Of a stretch of 58,778 bases of DNA, positions 1 through 12,640 are shown in pieces; the first letter of the stretch is position 1, and every line of letters begins with the position of its first letter. The stretch is from positions 89,898,252-89,957,029 of the forward strand of contig NC_068987.1 of NCBI RefSeq assembly GCF_001194135.2. Direction: 5' to 3'. The translations under genes were made by a program, and so were the position numbers. This DNA is from Octopus bimaculoides. Its lineage: Eukaryota. Under the pieces are notes generated by a model. That model made no database searches, was not told the origin of the DNA, and saw nothing but the letters and a program-made list of their open reading frames with translations.

Positions 1-172
1 ACTTTTGACACGTAATACTTAAATAGTGGAGGAGATATTATGTTGCCGTGTGCTCGAACTCTGCAAGAAGTTAATAATTTTTTTTGACTAAAACACAACT
101 GGAACCCTAAGTAAGGCATGTGTAAAATTTGAATGAAATTGGTTGCGTAGTTCTCGAGTTTTAGGGATTCAC

Positions 173-203
<31 letters not shown>

Positions 204-208
204 TTCTC

Positions 209-246
<38 letters not shown>

Positions 247-779
247 CGGGCGGCAAAATCTTTTCAGTGCTTTAAGTTTTATGGGTCTTGATTTGCCCCT
301 GCTTATGATCAAAGTTATTCTACCCGTTAGTACCCCGTACATTTGTATATAAAGCAGCAAGCTCGCAGAATCGTTAGCGCGTCGAACAAAATGCTTGACG
401 GCATTTTTTATGCTTCTTTAGATTCTGAATTAATATTCCACCAGGATCAACTACATCTTTCATTCTTTCAAGATCGATAAAAGGGAATACCAGTGAAGCA
501 CTGGAGTGAATGTTGTCTCAAAATTGCTGGCATTGAATCCTGAACGGGATCGGCGTCCCGTTTTGAGAAATGTTCTGATCTCGGTCACTTATACACCATT
601 GAAACTGAGTAACCGACCTTATGAGTCACAGAGCTCAATATAAAAACTTGTATATCAAAAAACCGCTTTGTCCGATGTTTACCTGAGATAGTGAATGTGA
701 TTTGAGGGTGATTTGGTTGCTATTTCAGATCTAGCAAATCCAATGACTCCCGATGTGGTTTCATTTACTAATGCAAATA

Positions 780-997
780 AGGCAGCGAGCTGGCAGAAAC
801 GTCAGCACGCCGGGCGAAATGCTTAGCGTTATTTCGTCTGTCTTTACGTTCTGAGTTCAAATTCCGCCGAGGTCGACTTTGCCTTTCATCCTTTCGAGGG
901 TCGATAAATTAAGCACCAGTTACGCAGTGGGGTAGATCTAATCGACTGGCCCCCTCCCCCAAAATTTCAGGCCTTGTGCCTAGAGTAGGAAAGTTTA
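780..997 (+). mobile_element. SINE family A (~215 bp tRNA-derived), full length with 14-bp TSD
   Basis: Matches the many other copies in the window (ggcgagctggcagaaacg...gttcaaattccgccgaggtcgactttgcctttcatcctttcggggtcgataaattaagtacc...gtgcctagagtag). Direct repeat tactaatgcaaata at 766-779 and 998-1011. Confidence 0.9.
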
Positions 998-1635
998 TAC
1001 TAATGCAAATAGTAATGGTGATGCTGTTACTTGCTAACTCTGCTGTTAATGACTGTGATAGTGGCGATGATGACATTGACGACGACGCTGACGACGATTA
1101 TGAAAATGATGCAAATGTTTATAACGAAAAGATGCTTTCCTCCTAACGCCCAAGAAGACAGACTTATAGGAAAGGCGTATGAAAACTCGATTTGATTGGA
1201 ACACAGCACATTACATTCACTCAAATTTATCAACCGCAATGGAACTTAAAGTGAATGAAGACACTACCGTTCTATATTTTCTAGACATCCTCTTTTAATT
1301 TTCTTTCGATGTCTATAGTTAATTAGTATGTGTCTCAATACTTGACTAAGACTACTAGAAACCGATGAAATACAGACAACCAATTTTGAAGGGATTTGAT
1401 TCTAGAACATAGAGGGACATAACTTAACCCATTACCTCCCATAATTTTATTAACTGGAATTTTTTTTTATGAAACTTTGATTCCTAGCATAAAACAGCCT
1501 TAGAAACACGCTGGAATGATCAAAATTACATTTCAAAATAACATTTTAAATAGAAATAAGCGAGATATTGGGTGAAAAATTAGCAAACCTCATTTGAATA
1601 TCAGAGAAATATACCTAGTAGATATAGCAAAAAGG

Positions 1636-1982
1636 TTTGTTGTTGGCACTCCGTCGCTTACGACGTCGAGGGTTCCAGTTGATCCGATCAACGGAACAGC
1701 CTGCTCGTGAAATTAACGTGCAAGTGGCTGAGCACTCCACAGACACGTGTACCCTTAATGTAGTTCTCGGGGATATTCAACGTGACACAGTGTGACAAGG
1801 CTGACCCTTTGAATTACAGGCACAACAGAAACAGGAAAAAAGATTGAGAGAAAGTTGTGGTGAAAGAGTACAGCAGGGTTCGCTACCATCCCACGCCGGA
1901 TCCTCGTGGAGCTTTAGGTGTTTTCGCTCAATAAACCCTCACAACGCCCGGTCTGGGAACCGAAACTGCGATCCTATGACCT
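1636..1982 (-). mobile_element. SINE family B, near full length
   Basis: Reverse complement of the 7478-7863 copy; 3' end gacggagtgccaacaac; head truncated. Confidence 0.85.
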
Positions 1983-2209
1983 ATTGCAACATGTCTTTCG
2001 CACTTTCTACACATTCTGTCGTTCACATACATTATCATTCTGTCAAATTTTGATAGAAAACCAACAATTTCAGGGTTGCGAGAGTTAGTCTATTACATCG
2101 ACCCGAGTGCTCAACTGGTACTTATTTTATCGGCTCCGAAAGGATGAAATGCAAAGCTGACCTCGTTCACATACATTATAATAGAATTATGATTTCTTCC
2201 ACTGATATA

Positions 2210-2440
2210 GTGGAAGCGCGTGGCTTAGTGGTGGGGGTGTCAGACTGGACACAAACCTGGACCGGGCGACGCGTTGTGTTCTTGAGCAAAAGACTTCATT
2301 TCACGTTGCTCTCAGCTGGCAAAAAGGAGTTAACCCTGCGACGGATCGGCGTCCCGTCCAGGTGGGAAATTTATACGCCACTGAAACCGGGAAACCGGCC
2401 CTTATGAGCCTGGCATGGCTCGAGAAGGAGACATTTCTTT
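2210..2440 (+). mobile_element. tRNA-headed SINE (family G) with CORE-like and V-domain-like segments
   Basis: Box-A-like tggcttagtgg; gttgtgttcttgagcaaaagacttcatttcacgttgctc; ccctgcgacggatcggcgtcccgtccagg. Imperfect TSD ttccactgatata / ttccaccgacata at 2197-2209 and 2441-2453. Confidence 0.65.
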
Positions 2441-3499
2441 TTCCACCGACATAAGCTCATAAATTTAGAGTGTGAGAGTAGCTGATTGAATTTACTCCAA
2501 TTCCTGACGGCCACGAGATCGATAAATTCTTCGAGAGATGAAAAACAAAGTAAATAAATTCTGTGGAGAGCGTTTAATCCGAAGCTGAAGCGTTTTCATG
2601 AACCTATTATTCTTCTGCCCTCGCTATATAGATTCCATATATTATCCTAAACCACAAGATTCAGTCTTTGTTGTAGTGTGATGGTTTGTGGGCCTCAATG
2701 ACTCTGAGATCTGTGTCAAAGGAGAGTGATATCCTGATAGGACCTCCCATGCTGGACAGGTCAAAGGATAGAGACTAGACTAATATGGAGCACTTCATCC
2801 TAGAGATAAAAATGGTCTTGCATAGGACCAAGATCCCTTCTTAGGAAAAAGCAGAGTTACAGAAGCATGGATAACACCTGAAGCTCAACAAGACCTGGAA
2901 GAGGGAAATCTTCCTTCAGGGCCAACTGGAACGAAGCAGAAAAATAGCTCAGTCAAGAATAGGGAAGAAAAGTTGTCGGTTGCTTATATTTCGCAGGGAA
3001 CAATGTCGGAAGATTTGCTGGAGGGGCCAGTCGCTCAAACCGTATAGTTGAGTAGTGTTGATTTTGTCGTCTTGGGAAGGATGGAAGGCAAAGTTGGGCT
3101 TGATGAGATTTAATCTCAGAGCTTAGATATAATCAAGTATGGCTACACATTATTCAAATGGTATTTATTCATTTATTTTATCAATCACTTAAAGCTGGAA
3201 GGCAAAAAGGACCACTGAACTTAAATGCAGTCCTTCTCAACTTTAAAAGACCATAATTCTATTATAATGAAGCGTATGTAAATATATTCATACAAGTCAC
3301 CGAAACACTGCTATCTCTTCTCACCACCTATCGTATCCTCCCTGAGTAATTAAAACATCTAACATCGATACTCGGATCGTTCATGTCTTTGAAGTAATGG
3401 AATAGAAGTAACTCGTACTCCTTATCTAGGTTGACTGTACAGATTACAAATTTGTGATCTGTATAGCCAATCACGTTGATTCGTGAGTAACCGATGTTA

Positions 3500-3900
3500 C
3501 CTCTATTTACTGACCTACTAACTGACCCGATGTGATTTGTCCATGCCTACACTGGCACATTGAGGAAATCTTATCGCTACTTGTCGGTCAGTTGAAAACG
3601 ATTGAGCAGGTTTGGAGGCTTTTACACCCCCTCTCCTATCAGCTAATCCAACACACTCCAGACATGCATCCAAGATGTCATTCCAGTCACCCACTAGCGC
3701 TTATATGCCTGAGGAAATCTGGCCTCCCCATTCCAGCCGGGGCACACACAGCGGCTAGTTTAAAGTTACTAGTGTCCAGGATACCCAGCTTACCGTTCAG
3801 GAAGATCGACCTTACCTCGAGGTCCAGGCCTTTCCGAAGCAGTACTGCCATCCCTCTCCCATTTTGGGTTCAGTAATGCTTCTGTCAATCACCCCAGAAC
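3500..3900 (-). mobile_element. Decayed L1/Tx1-clade AP-endonuclease fragment
   Basis: Manual translation across frameshifts gives MAVLLRKGLDLEVRSIF, GDWNDILDA and FQLTDK...NVPV*AWTNH, which are APE-like motifs with stops. Confidence 0.65.
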
Positions 3901-4550
3901 AAATGATAATGCTGAAAAGAACTTCTCTCGCTGGTAAAAGGCCATGCATATAAATGAAAAAAAACAACAAAAAAAACAGATTTACTAATGCAATGGTGAA
4001 AATGTGAAAGAATCTGTCTAGAATGTTCGCAAAATAGAAACTGTTGATTCTAATGAACGTTGGTTACAGTGAGAAGTACGTGAAGCATATTTTTACGGAA
4101 GTCGTTTAAAAAATCATGAGATTGAAACCTTTCCAGAGAACATTTAAAACTCGAAGCAGCGGGGTAAAATAAATATTTAATAAACGAACGAAGTTTTCTC
4201 AGTGAAATCTTAACAGCTAAGAGAACAAGTTAGCTGTAGCATAAAAAGAGAAGTACATAGGAAATAATATGAAATTAATGATTGATGTCCTTAGCAATCA
4301 ATTGGTGTGATCTAGATCTTGTCAAACAAGTAAACAATCAAATCCATAATATTCTTTAACTTCCTATTTAGTTACTTTTTAGTGTTTTATTGTTATCAAA
4401 GCCATCTGCTCAGCCCTGAAATAACAGCAAAATAAGTAATAAATATAATCATTTATTGCTTTCAAGAGGAAGAGGTTTGCTTTACAAACTCTGAAGATAC
4501 TTCTAAAATAGGATTGTCGTATATAAAATGAGGCTGATACAATTAAGTTC

Positions 4551-4763
4551 TTTTCTACTCTAGGCAAAAGGCCCGAAATTTTGGGGGAGGAGGCCAGTTG
4601 ATTAGATCGACCCCAGTACGCAACTTGTACTTAATTTATCGACCCCCGAAAGGATGAAAGGCAAAGTCGACCTCGATAGAATTTGAACTCAGAGCATAAA
4701 GACAGATGAAATACAGCTAAGCATTTCACCGGCGTGCTAACGTTTCTGTCAGCTCGCCGCCTT
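4551..4763 (-). mobile_element. SINE family A
   Basis: Reverse complement of the family A consensus seen at 780-997. Confidence 0.9.
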
Positions 4764-4810
4764 ATGATTAATATAAATTAGTATTGATACAGTAAACATT
4801 AGTTAATATT

Positions 4811-5085
4811 AAAGCGGCAAGCTGGTAGTACGCCGGACAAAATATTTAGCGGCATTTCGTCCGTCTTTACCGCTACACTCTGAGTTCAAATTCCGCCGAC
4901 GTCGACTTTGTCATCATTTCGAGGTTGATAAAATAAATACTAATAGGGCCCTGAAGTCGATGTAAACGACTTAACCCCTACCCCGAAGTTGCTGGCCTTG
5001 TGCAAAACTTTGTAACTAATATTAAGGCGACGAACTGGTGGAATCGTCAGCTGGACAAAATGCTTGTCTTTATGTTCTGGGTTCA
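4811..5085 (+). mobile_element. SINE family A plus tandem partial copy
   Basis: Family A homology at 4811-5012, flanked by taatattaa; a second 5' fragment starts at ~5023. Confidence 0.75.
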
Positions 5086-5173
5086 AATACTCTTACCTAC
5101 AGTTAATCTCCTTAGTACCATTAATCACTTCTTTCTGTACAGTATTATTTGACATGTTATCTATTTGCCTTAC

Positions 5174-5492
5174 ATGGAGTCGCAATGGCCCAGTGGTTAG
5201 GGCAGCGGACTCGCGGTCGTGAGATCACGGTTTCAATTCCCAGAATTGTGAGTGTTTATTGAGTGAAAACACCTAAAAGCTCCACGAGGCTCCGGCAGGG
5301 GGTGCTGGTGAACCCTGCTGTACTCTTTCGCCACAACTTTCTCGGCAGAATTTCAAATTCTGCCGAGGTTAACTTTGCCTTTCATCCTTTCGGGGTCAAT
5401 AAATTAAGTACCAGTTACGTACTGGTGTTGATCTAATTAACTGATCCCCTCCCCCCAAATTTCGGGTCTTGTGCCTAGAGTAGAAAAGAATA
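5174..5492 (+). mobile_element. Family B 5' half joined to family A 3' half
   Basis: ggagtcgcaatggcccagtgg...caccacaactttctc (B), then ggcagaatttcaaattctgccgaggtt...gtgcctagagtagaaaag (A); junction ~5343. Confidence 0.75.
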
Positions 5493-5844
5493 TTTATGAA
5501 GTTAATGAAGTTATGCACGAGGAAAAGGCGGTGGAGTGATAGAAACAGTCTAATTACGTTGTAGTAATCATTTATAGCGGTTTGCATTTTAAGTTCAAAC
5601 CCCACTGACATTATCTTAATTTTCATCCTTCCTGGGATAGATGGAAATATGTGAAACAGACAACAGGGGATATAATCGGAACAATTCAAAAGGGAAAAAT
5701 AACATTGTATTTATGCCGTCTTGACATGGTGGTTGGAATGGTAAATCATCTTAATTTGTTTCCTTATAGAATTGAATTTCAATTTAAATTACATTGAGCT
5801 TCCATCCATTCGGTATTGGTACACCCAGATAGAGTATGTATGTC

Positions 5845-6050
5845 TTTTATATTTTACTTGCTTCAGTCATTCGAAAGCGGTCATACTGGAGCGCCGCTTT
5901 GAAAAATTTCAATCTTGCAAATCACCCCCAACAGACCTATCTTTAAGCCTGGAATTTACTTTATCGGTTTCTTTTACCGAACCGCTAGATTATGGGGACG
6001 TACACAAACCAATACTGGTTGTCAAGCCGTAGTAACAAACATAAACATGC
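5845..6050 (+). mobile_element. Interspersed repeat family D (SINE-like)
   Basis: tacttgcttcagtcatt...ctggagcgccgc...ttttaccgaaccgctagattatggggacgt. Homologous copies at 27328-27515, 28185-28395, 31030-31170, 49940-50140 (-) and 56488-56636 (-). Confidence 0.7.
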
Positions 6051-6948
6051 ATACATTATATATATATATATATATATATNNNNNNNNNNNNNNNNNNNNN
6101 NNNNNNNNNNNNNNNNNNNNNNNNNNNNNNNNNNNNNNNNNNNNNNNNNNNNNNNNNNNNNNNNNNNNNNNNNNNNNNNNNNNNNNNNNNNNNNNNNNNN
6201 NNNNNNNNNNNNNNNNNNNNNNNNNNNNNNNNNNNNNNNNNNNNNNNNNNNNNNNNNNNNNNNNNNNNNNNNNNNNNNNNNNNNNNNNNNNNNNNNNNNN
6301 NNNNNNNNNNNNNNNNNNNNNNNNNNNNNNNNNNNNNNNNNNNNNNNNNNNNNNNNNNNNNNNNNNNNNNNNNNNNNNNNNNNNNNNNNNNNNNNNNNNN
6401 NNNNNNNNNNNNNNNNNNNNNNNNNNNNNNNNNNNNNNNNNNNNNNNNNNNNNNNNNNNNNNNNNNNNNNNNNNNNNNNNNNNNNNNNNNNNNNNNNNNN
6501 NNNNNNNNNNNNNNNNNNNNNNNNNNNNNNNNNNNNNNNNNNNNNNNNNNNNNNNNNNNNNNNNNNNNNNNNNNNNNNNNNNNNNNNNNNNNNNNNNNNN
6601 NNNNNNNNNNNNNNNNNNNNNNNNNNNNNNNNNNNNNNNNNNNNNNNNNNNNNNNNNNNNNNNNNNNNNNNNNNNNNNNNNNNNNNNNNNNNNNNNNNNN
6701 NNNNNNNNNNNNNNNNNNNNNNNNNNNNNNNNNNNNNNNNNNNNNNNNNNNNNNNNNNNNNNNNNNNNNNNNNNNNNNNNNNNNNNNNNNNNNNNNNNNN
6801 NNNNNNNNNNNNNNNNNNNNNNNNNNNNNNNNNNNNNNNNNNNNNNNNNNNNNNNNNNNNNNNNNNNNNNNNNNNNNNNNNNNNNNNNNNNNNNNNNNNN
6901 NNNNNNNNNNNNNNNNNNNNNNNNNNNNNNNNNNNNNNNNNNNNNNNN

Positions 6949-7003
<55 letters not shown>

Positions 7004-7376
7004 CACATACATACACACACATATATATACATGGTTGTGTGTGGAGGTGTAAACGATACGTGTTTGTTAATACGAATTCATAACAAGAAAAACAACACGC
7101 CCCATCATGATAATCGAATCACTTAATTTCCTTCAGTTTAGCGATCAAAACTTCTAACATTACAAGAAAGAGGTTGAGTGGAGGAAGGAAATACCTAATC
7201 GAGAATGACCATTTACCCCCTTCCACCGCCTCCCTGCAATGTGCTCTGTAAATGATTTGTCAGTTAAACAAGATACGTGACTCGATTTTCGTGAGAGTTT
7301 TAATTTGGATTCTAGAAATGATCATTACAAACTGGTAGTACTGGCCTAGTATTTTCGGCGATTATCTGCACTATTA

Positions 7377-8948
7377 GAGGGTGGGCGGAAAAGTTCGTAG
7401 GTTGACTATGAAGGAGTGATGCTAGAGCCGTGAAATCTTGCATACATTAATTTCAACTCTATTAATAACTGCGTCGTGGAGGCGCAATGGCCCAGTGATT
7501 AGGGCAGTGGACTTGCGGTCATAGGATCGCGGTTTCGATTCCCAGACCGGGCGTTGTGAGTGTTTATTGAGCGAAAATACCTAAAAGCTCCTCGAGGCTC
7601 CGGCAGGAGATGGTGGCGAACCATGCTGTACTCTTTCACCACAACTTTCTCTCACTCTTTCTTCCTGTTTCTGTTGTGCCTGTAATTCAAAGGGTCAGCC
7701 TTGTCACACTGTGTCACGCTGAATATCCCCGAGAAATACGTTAAGGGTACACGTGTCTGTGGAGTGCTCAGCCACTTGCACGTTAATTTCACGAGAAGGC
7801 TGTTCCGTTGATCGGATCAACTGGAAGCCTCGACGTCGTCAGCGACGGAGTGCCAACAACAACAACTGCGTCGTTTCTTTCCAGTTAAACTGACATCTTA
7901 CTGTTCAAAGAAGACTTCCAAAGTAACTAGTAGCGACTTGGGCAAAAGTTGGTATCGTGTTGTTATCAAGTACCCACAGAAAAAGGGTTTAGTTCCCAAG
8001 AAGTTCATCCTGACGTAGTTACTACATTAGGGAATGGCACTCCAAGTTTCTCAACAGTGCGAAAGTGGACAACTGAGCTGAGGAGGGGCAGGGAGAGTCT
8101 TGAAGATGACCCAGAGTCTGGACGTCCAGCAACTGTCACCACCGGGGGTAAAAAATCGATCGTGTTCACCACATGGTAACGCATAATTTGTGATTGACTA
8201 TAATTCAAATATCTATTGCTATTAGCATATCCCATGAGAAAGTTGAGCATATTCTACACAATGAGTTTTGCATGCGAAGATTTCTACTCGGTAGGTGTCA
8301 CGTTATCTGACATCTGATCTAGAAACCAGTCCGTGCAGAAGAAACACCCCCTCCTCACCTGCTCCAAAGAAGGCCATGCTCGTTTCATCTGCGAGGAAGG
8401 TGATGGCTTCAGTATTTTTTTTTTTTTGCGGGGGGATCTAAAAGCTATTGTTTATTGACTATCTTCGAAAGGGCCACACTATCAAAAGAAAGTACTATGC
8501 TAATTTGCTGAGGTAGTTAGGAAAGGCTATCAAGAGCAAACGCCCAGGGAAACTGATAAAAGGAGTCTTGTTTCATCAGGACAATGCTCTAACACACAAG
8601 TCTTTGCTTTCAGTTGTTGCGGTGCATGATTGTGGCTTTGAACTGGTTGATCACCATCTCTGTTTTCCTGATTTGGATCCATCTGACTATCACCTATTTC
8701 CCAACATGAAAAGACATAGTTTAAACCAGTATCACAATGATGATGACGTCATATCTGCTGTTAGTTGTTGTTGATGACTTATTTGAGCAACTAGATTACA
8801 GCTTATTCACCAATGGGATCCAAGCACTGCAACACCGATAAAAGAAGTGTGTGGACGGCAAGAGGGGGACTGTTGAAAAATGAAACTCATTTGGTCACAT
8901 TCAATGAGAGTACCTTGGTCAGCCTGTGAACTTTTCAACCGCCCCTTG
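7377..8948 (+). mobile_element. Decayed mariner (DD34D-type) transposon with both TIRs, interrupted by a SINE
   Basis: Left gagggtgggcggaaaagttcgtaggttgac; right gtcagcctgtgaacttttcaaccgccccttg. Peptides FSTVRKWTTELRRGRESLEDDPESGRP, FHQDNA and PDLDPSDYHLF, with multiple frameshifts. Confidence 0.85.
7478..7863 (+). mobile_element. SINE family B, full length (~385 bp) with 11-bp TSD
   Basis: Box A tggcccagtg and box B ggtttcgattcc; (aac)n tail; TSD aactgcgtcgt at 7467-7477 and 7864-7874. Confidence 0.9.
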
Positions 8949-9170
8949 CGTGTTTGTGTGCGTGCGTGCGTGCATTTATATATTTCATTTATATATTTTC
9001 ACTTATATATTTTCTACGTTATCTCAACAAAGCAGGTTTCATTAGAAAGTGAAAATAATTTCACATTTTCAATTTGAACCAAAATTACAAAGTGTTGCTT
9101 TTCGAGCAATTCTCCGAATTACTCACATCTGTACTATAATAAAGAAAGCTGCTTATCATCTATCTATACA

Positions 9171-9372
9171 TATTGGGTCATCTCTTAAATAATGCGATTT
9201 TTCCAGTAGCATGAATTTAAAGTTGGAGGGGGACGGGATAAACTATCTGCATCAACTTGCTGTAAAAGCAGGTAGTAATTTTACCTTGTCCTTATTCTTA
9301 GTACAAGTTTTGAAGAGTGCAGTTCGATTTTAAGAGTTATTTTTTCAAAGCTATAATGGAAGTGACAAAGGA

Positions 9373-9375
<3 letters not shown>
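9171..9375 (+). mobile_element. Mariner 5' fragment (TIR, promoter region, start of transposase MEVTKEH)
   Basis: tattgggtcatc...aataatgcgatttt resembles a mariner TIR; ATG at 9356. Homologous to 25482-25628 (-). Confidence 0.6.
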
Positions 9376-9404
<29 letters not shown>

Positions 9405-9799
9405 GTCATTATTCAGTTTATTTCAAGATTTCTTGCCAATAGAGAAAGAACCGGTTTCTAATCTAGATTTAAGGCTTCTTCATTGGAATTTCAACAACAA
9501 CGGGGTATTTTTCTATGTATGTATGTATGTATGTATGTATGTATGTATGTATGCATGTATGTGCAGATTTGTATGTTTTATGTATATATCATCATGCATA
9601 TAGTTACATATCGCTGCCTTACATTGTTCAGTCTGTAGATATGTTACAAAACTGATCGAGCGATCATCTATCGATAGACCCCTTCACCAGCAGGGAAATT
9701 GTGTACATGACTGTATGTCACGCATATATTTGTACCCTTGTTAATTTGCCTTTAGGTTTTAATTGCTAACGGGCCACCTATATTATAATATATTTTATA

Positions 9800-10075
9800 T
9801 ATGGCCCAGTGGTTAGGGTTTTGGACTCACGATCGCAAGATCATGGTTTCAATTCCTAGACCGGGTGGTGCGTTGTGTTTTTGAGCAAACACACTCATGT
9901 TGCTCTGCGATCACTTCAATGCCTGATGCGTGCCACACAGTGCACCTATTCAGACAACATCAATTTGATGGAGAGAAAATGAGCTAATGTGCAGCACGAA
10001 CATTTGATCATTTATAAACAAGTCATTTGTACAGGTCGTTCGGCAAAAGTTGAGCGATGGTCTCTCCCGTCGTCG
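9800..10075 (+). mobile_element. tRNA-headed CORE-like SINE (family G related)
   Basis: tggcccagtggttagg...ggtttcaattcc head followed by gttgtgtttttgagcaaa. Related copies at 11190-11390 (-) and 47605-47725 (+). Confidence 0.6.
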
Positions 10076-12195
10076 GACTCTCCCTTTACCTTTCATCCTT
10101 TCGGGGTTGATAAAATAAGTACCAATTGAGCATTAGGGTCGATGTAATCAACTTCGGCTCTCCTGAAATTGCTGACTTTGTGCCAAAATTTGAAAGCAAT
10201 ATTAACAATGGCTATCATTTCTAATAGTGTTTGTTTTTATTCAGAAGATATCAGTCTTCATTTTTTAAAAAATTCTGCAGATCATTATCGTACTCATGCA
10301 ACAACACCCTGCACTGCTTTTATTGATAAAGTCTCCTTAAAAATAACTTCCAATAAGGATATGACAATCTTTCCTTCTAAAAGCACAATCCAATCTTTGA
10401 TCATATCTGTTTTAACATCCAACGCTCATTAAATTTTCTGGAGCTTCAGACATTTAGACGAAAGCCATCTTCAAAATGGAGATTTGGCCCCTAAATGCTT
10501 GAAACAGAAAGGACTCCCTCTAAAAGTACCCAGTGACCATTACAAGCACCTAATGACCACCTGAAGTATCCAAATGACCAGGTAGCGGTGTTAAACCGAA
10601 CGACGAATTGAAGCTTGTTGCAAGAACGGGAATGGTCCCAACGGCACCCGTCTACATAGTTCTCGCCAACCAAATTCCATTTACAAGGCTTTATTTAACG
10701 TAATCTATGGTAGAAGATATTTTCCAAGGTACCCTGCGGGTGGGATATAACCCCAAACCACGTAGTTGTGAAGCGAATTCTTGAACTACTGTCATGTTTG
10801 CGCTAGGCATATCAAAGAAACAATTACAAAGTTTTATACAAGTACCAGTCATGTACGTGGGATCGATTCAGTATTCCTCTATGCTATTTTTTCTACATAT
10901 TTCTGATATTATACCAAAAGGAACTATCATCGTCTTTATATCTCACTCATGTGAAAGAAATAAAATCGGTTTATTTGATGTATTTTTTAAATTTCAAATC
11001 GGAAATATTAATCCATAGGCGATTTTTGAGAAATGGAATGGAAACACTTCTAGACGCACAAATTTTACTTCGCATTATTGTCTCGTACTCTTGGAGATAT
11101 TTATATAAAAAAAAAGAAGTGTGTTGCCTGGATATTACTGTCTCGTGTCCTACAGCTCTTAGGTCGCTTGTCCGATTTCCATAGGTAATAACTGAGATCA
11201 CAACACTTCCCTCTGAACGGGACGCCACTCCGTCGCCGTGTTACTCATTTGCAGCTGAGTAAACTAGAACAAGGCGAAATAAAGTATTTCGCTCAAAAAC
11301 GCAACGCTACACACTGCCCATTCTGGGAATCGAAACCACGATATTGCGATCACAAATACAACACCCTAACCACTAAGCCAAGTGCCTTCAATCCATTAAT
11401 TATTCAGAGTGACACACTTTACTCATGTTGTGAGTGAAGAGTTGTACTTTTTTATGGTACCTAACGAGAGGTAGACTTTTAAATCTAACCAATCACAAAC
11501 CTTTTGGTTAATCCACGTCCAGTCTGCTTAATGGAACAGATATGACTGACATTCTCTTTTTAAAAGTCTTCTTTGGGTACAAACAGTCGATTTAGAGAGA
11601 ATATAGACTGACACTGTGCAAAGTTTGTAGCTTCCGCGTGGTTGTTAAATGTAAATGAAGGAATCAGCCTGCGGTATAACCAAAACATACCTGTTTGGTG
11701 ACTCAATTCCCCTGAAGCCAATCTCCTGCTCTACAGCACTCACCAGTTTCAAGATCGATAACTTACCTATCACATCATTTTAATAAATAATATATTATAC
11801 AGTTGTATACAAAAAGGAGAAACTTGGGCAATATTAATATAATGTTGTGTGTGTTGTAAAAGGGTGAAGGCGAGTAGCGAAGTGGTTTGGTTGCTGTAAT
11901 CACAATCGTAAGATCGTGCTTTCGATTCCTGGACCGGTCGTTCAGTGGGCTGGGTTTGTAATCTCATTCTTTTATCCACCATGGAAACCAGGTTAATTTC
12001 CGACCTTATGAGTTCCAGGGCTCGGAACAAACTCAAGTGTATATTGTAAACGGTGTCTTAGATTAGTGCAACGACTCGAAATTTTAGTTGGGGAAATCGA
12101 TTTCCTGTGTATTTCTAGGGAACATATCTCGTTTTTGCCATTTATTTCGCATTTGTTACCAACATATTTTTACGAGAAGAAAGAAAAAAAAAAAA

Positions 12196-12640
12196 TTAAA
12201 AGTCAGTTCTATATTTAAGAGATGAGGAGTTATGTACATCGTTTACATTATTTACATTTGACGGATGTTTGTCCTCATCTTGTTTGTTAACGCACCGTTT
12301 CGGCTGATCTACCCTCGAGCCTTCATCAGGTGTCTTGGGGAAATTTCGAACCTGGGTTCTCATTCCTAAGGTATTTTTTGATGTTATTATTATTCGGATC
12401 ACTGCCTGGAATCGAACTCGGAATCATAGGGTTACTAACTCCAAGATTCCGAGTTCAATTCCAGGCAGTGACCTGAATAATAATAAGGATAATAATAATA
12501 TCGAAAAATACCTTAGTAATGAGAACCCAGGTTCGTAATTTCCCCAAGGCACCTAATGAAGGCTGGAGAGTATATCAACCGAAACGTGTTAATAGCAAAC
12601 AAGATGAGGACAAATATCCGTCAAATGTAAATAATGTAAC
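12196..12640. mobile_element. Fold-back (head-to-head) pair of a tRNA-headed, hammerhead-motif-bearing element
   Basis: Arms 12241-12425 and 12446-12640 are inverted repeats. Each has gagttc(g/a)attcc box B and a CTGATGA...GAAAC-like core. Confidence 0.75.

Noticed and set aside
2680-3060. Possible exon or RTE-like 5' region
   Set aside because: No open frame or diagnostic motif; cannot be classified from sequence alone.
5915-7126. Long ORFs spanning N-gaps (also at 23.2-23.8, 27.6-28.2, 29.5-30.2, 35.4-35.7, 42-43, 46.5-47.5 and 57-58 kb)
   Set aside because: Their length comes from X residues and the flanks are microsatellite translations (YIYI, HTHT, CVCV).
11540-11770. Cluster of minus-strand donor-like motifs as possible mucin exons
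   Set aside because: No acceptor/donor pair gave an open phase-1 exon.
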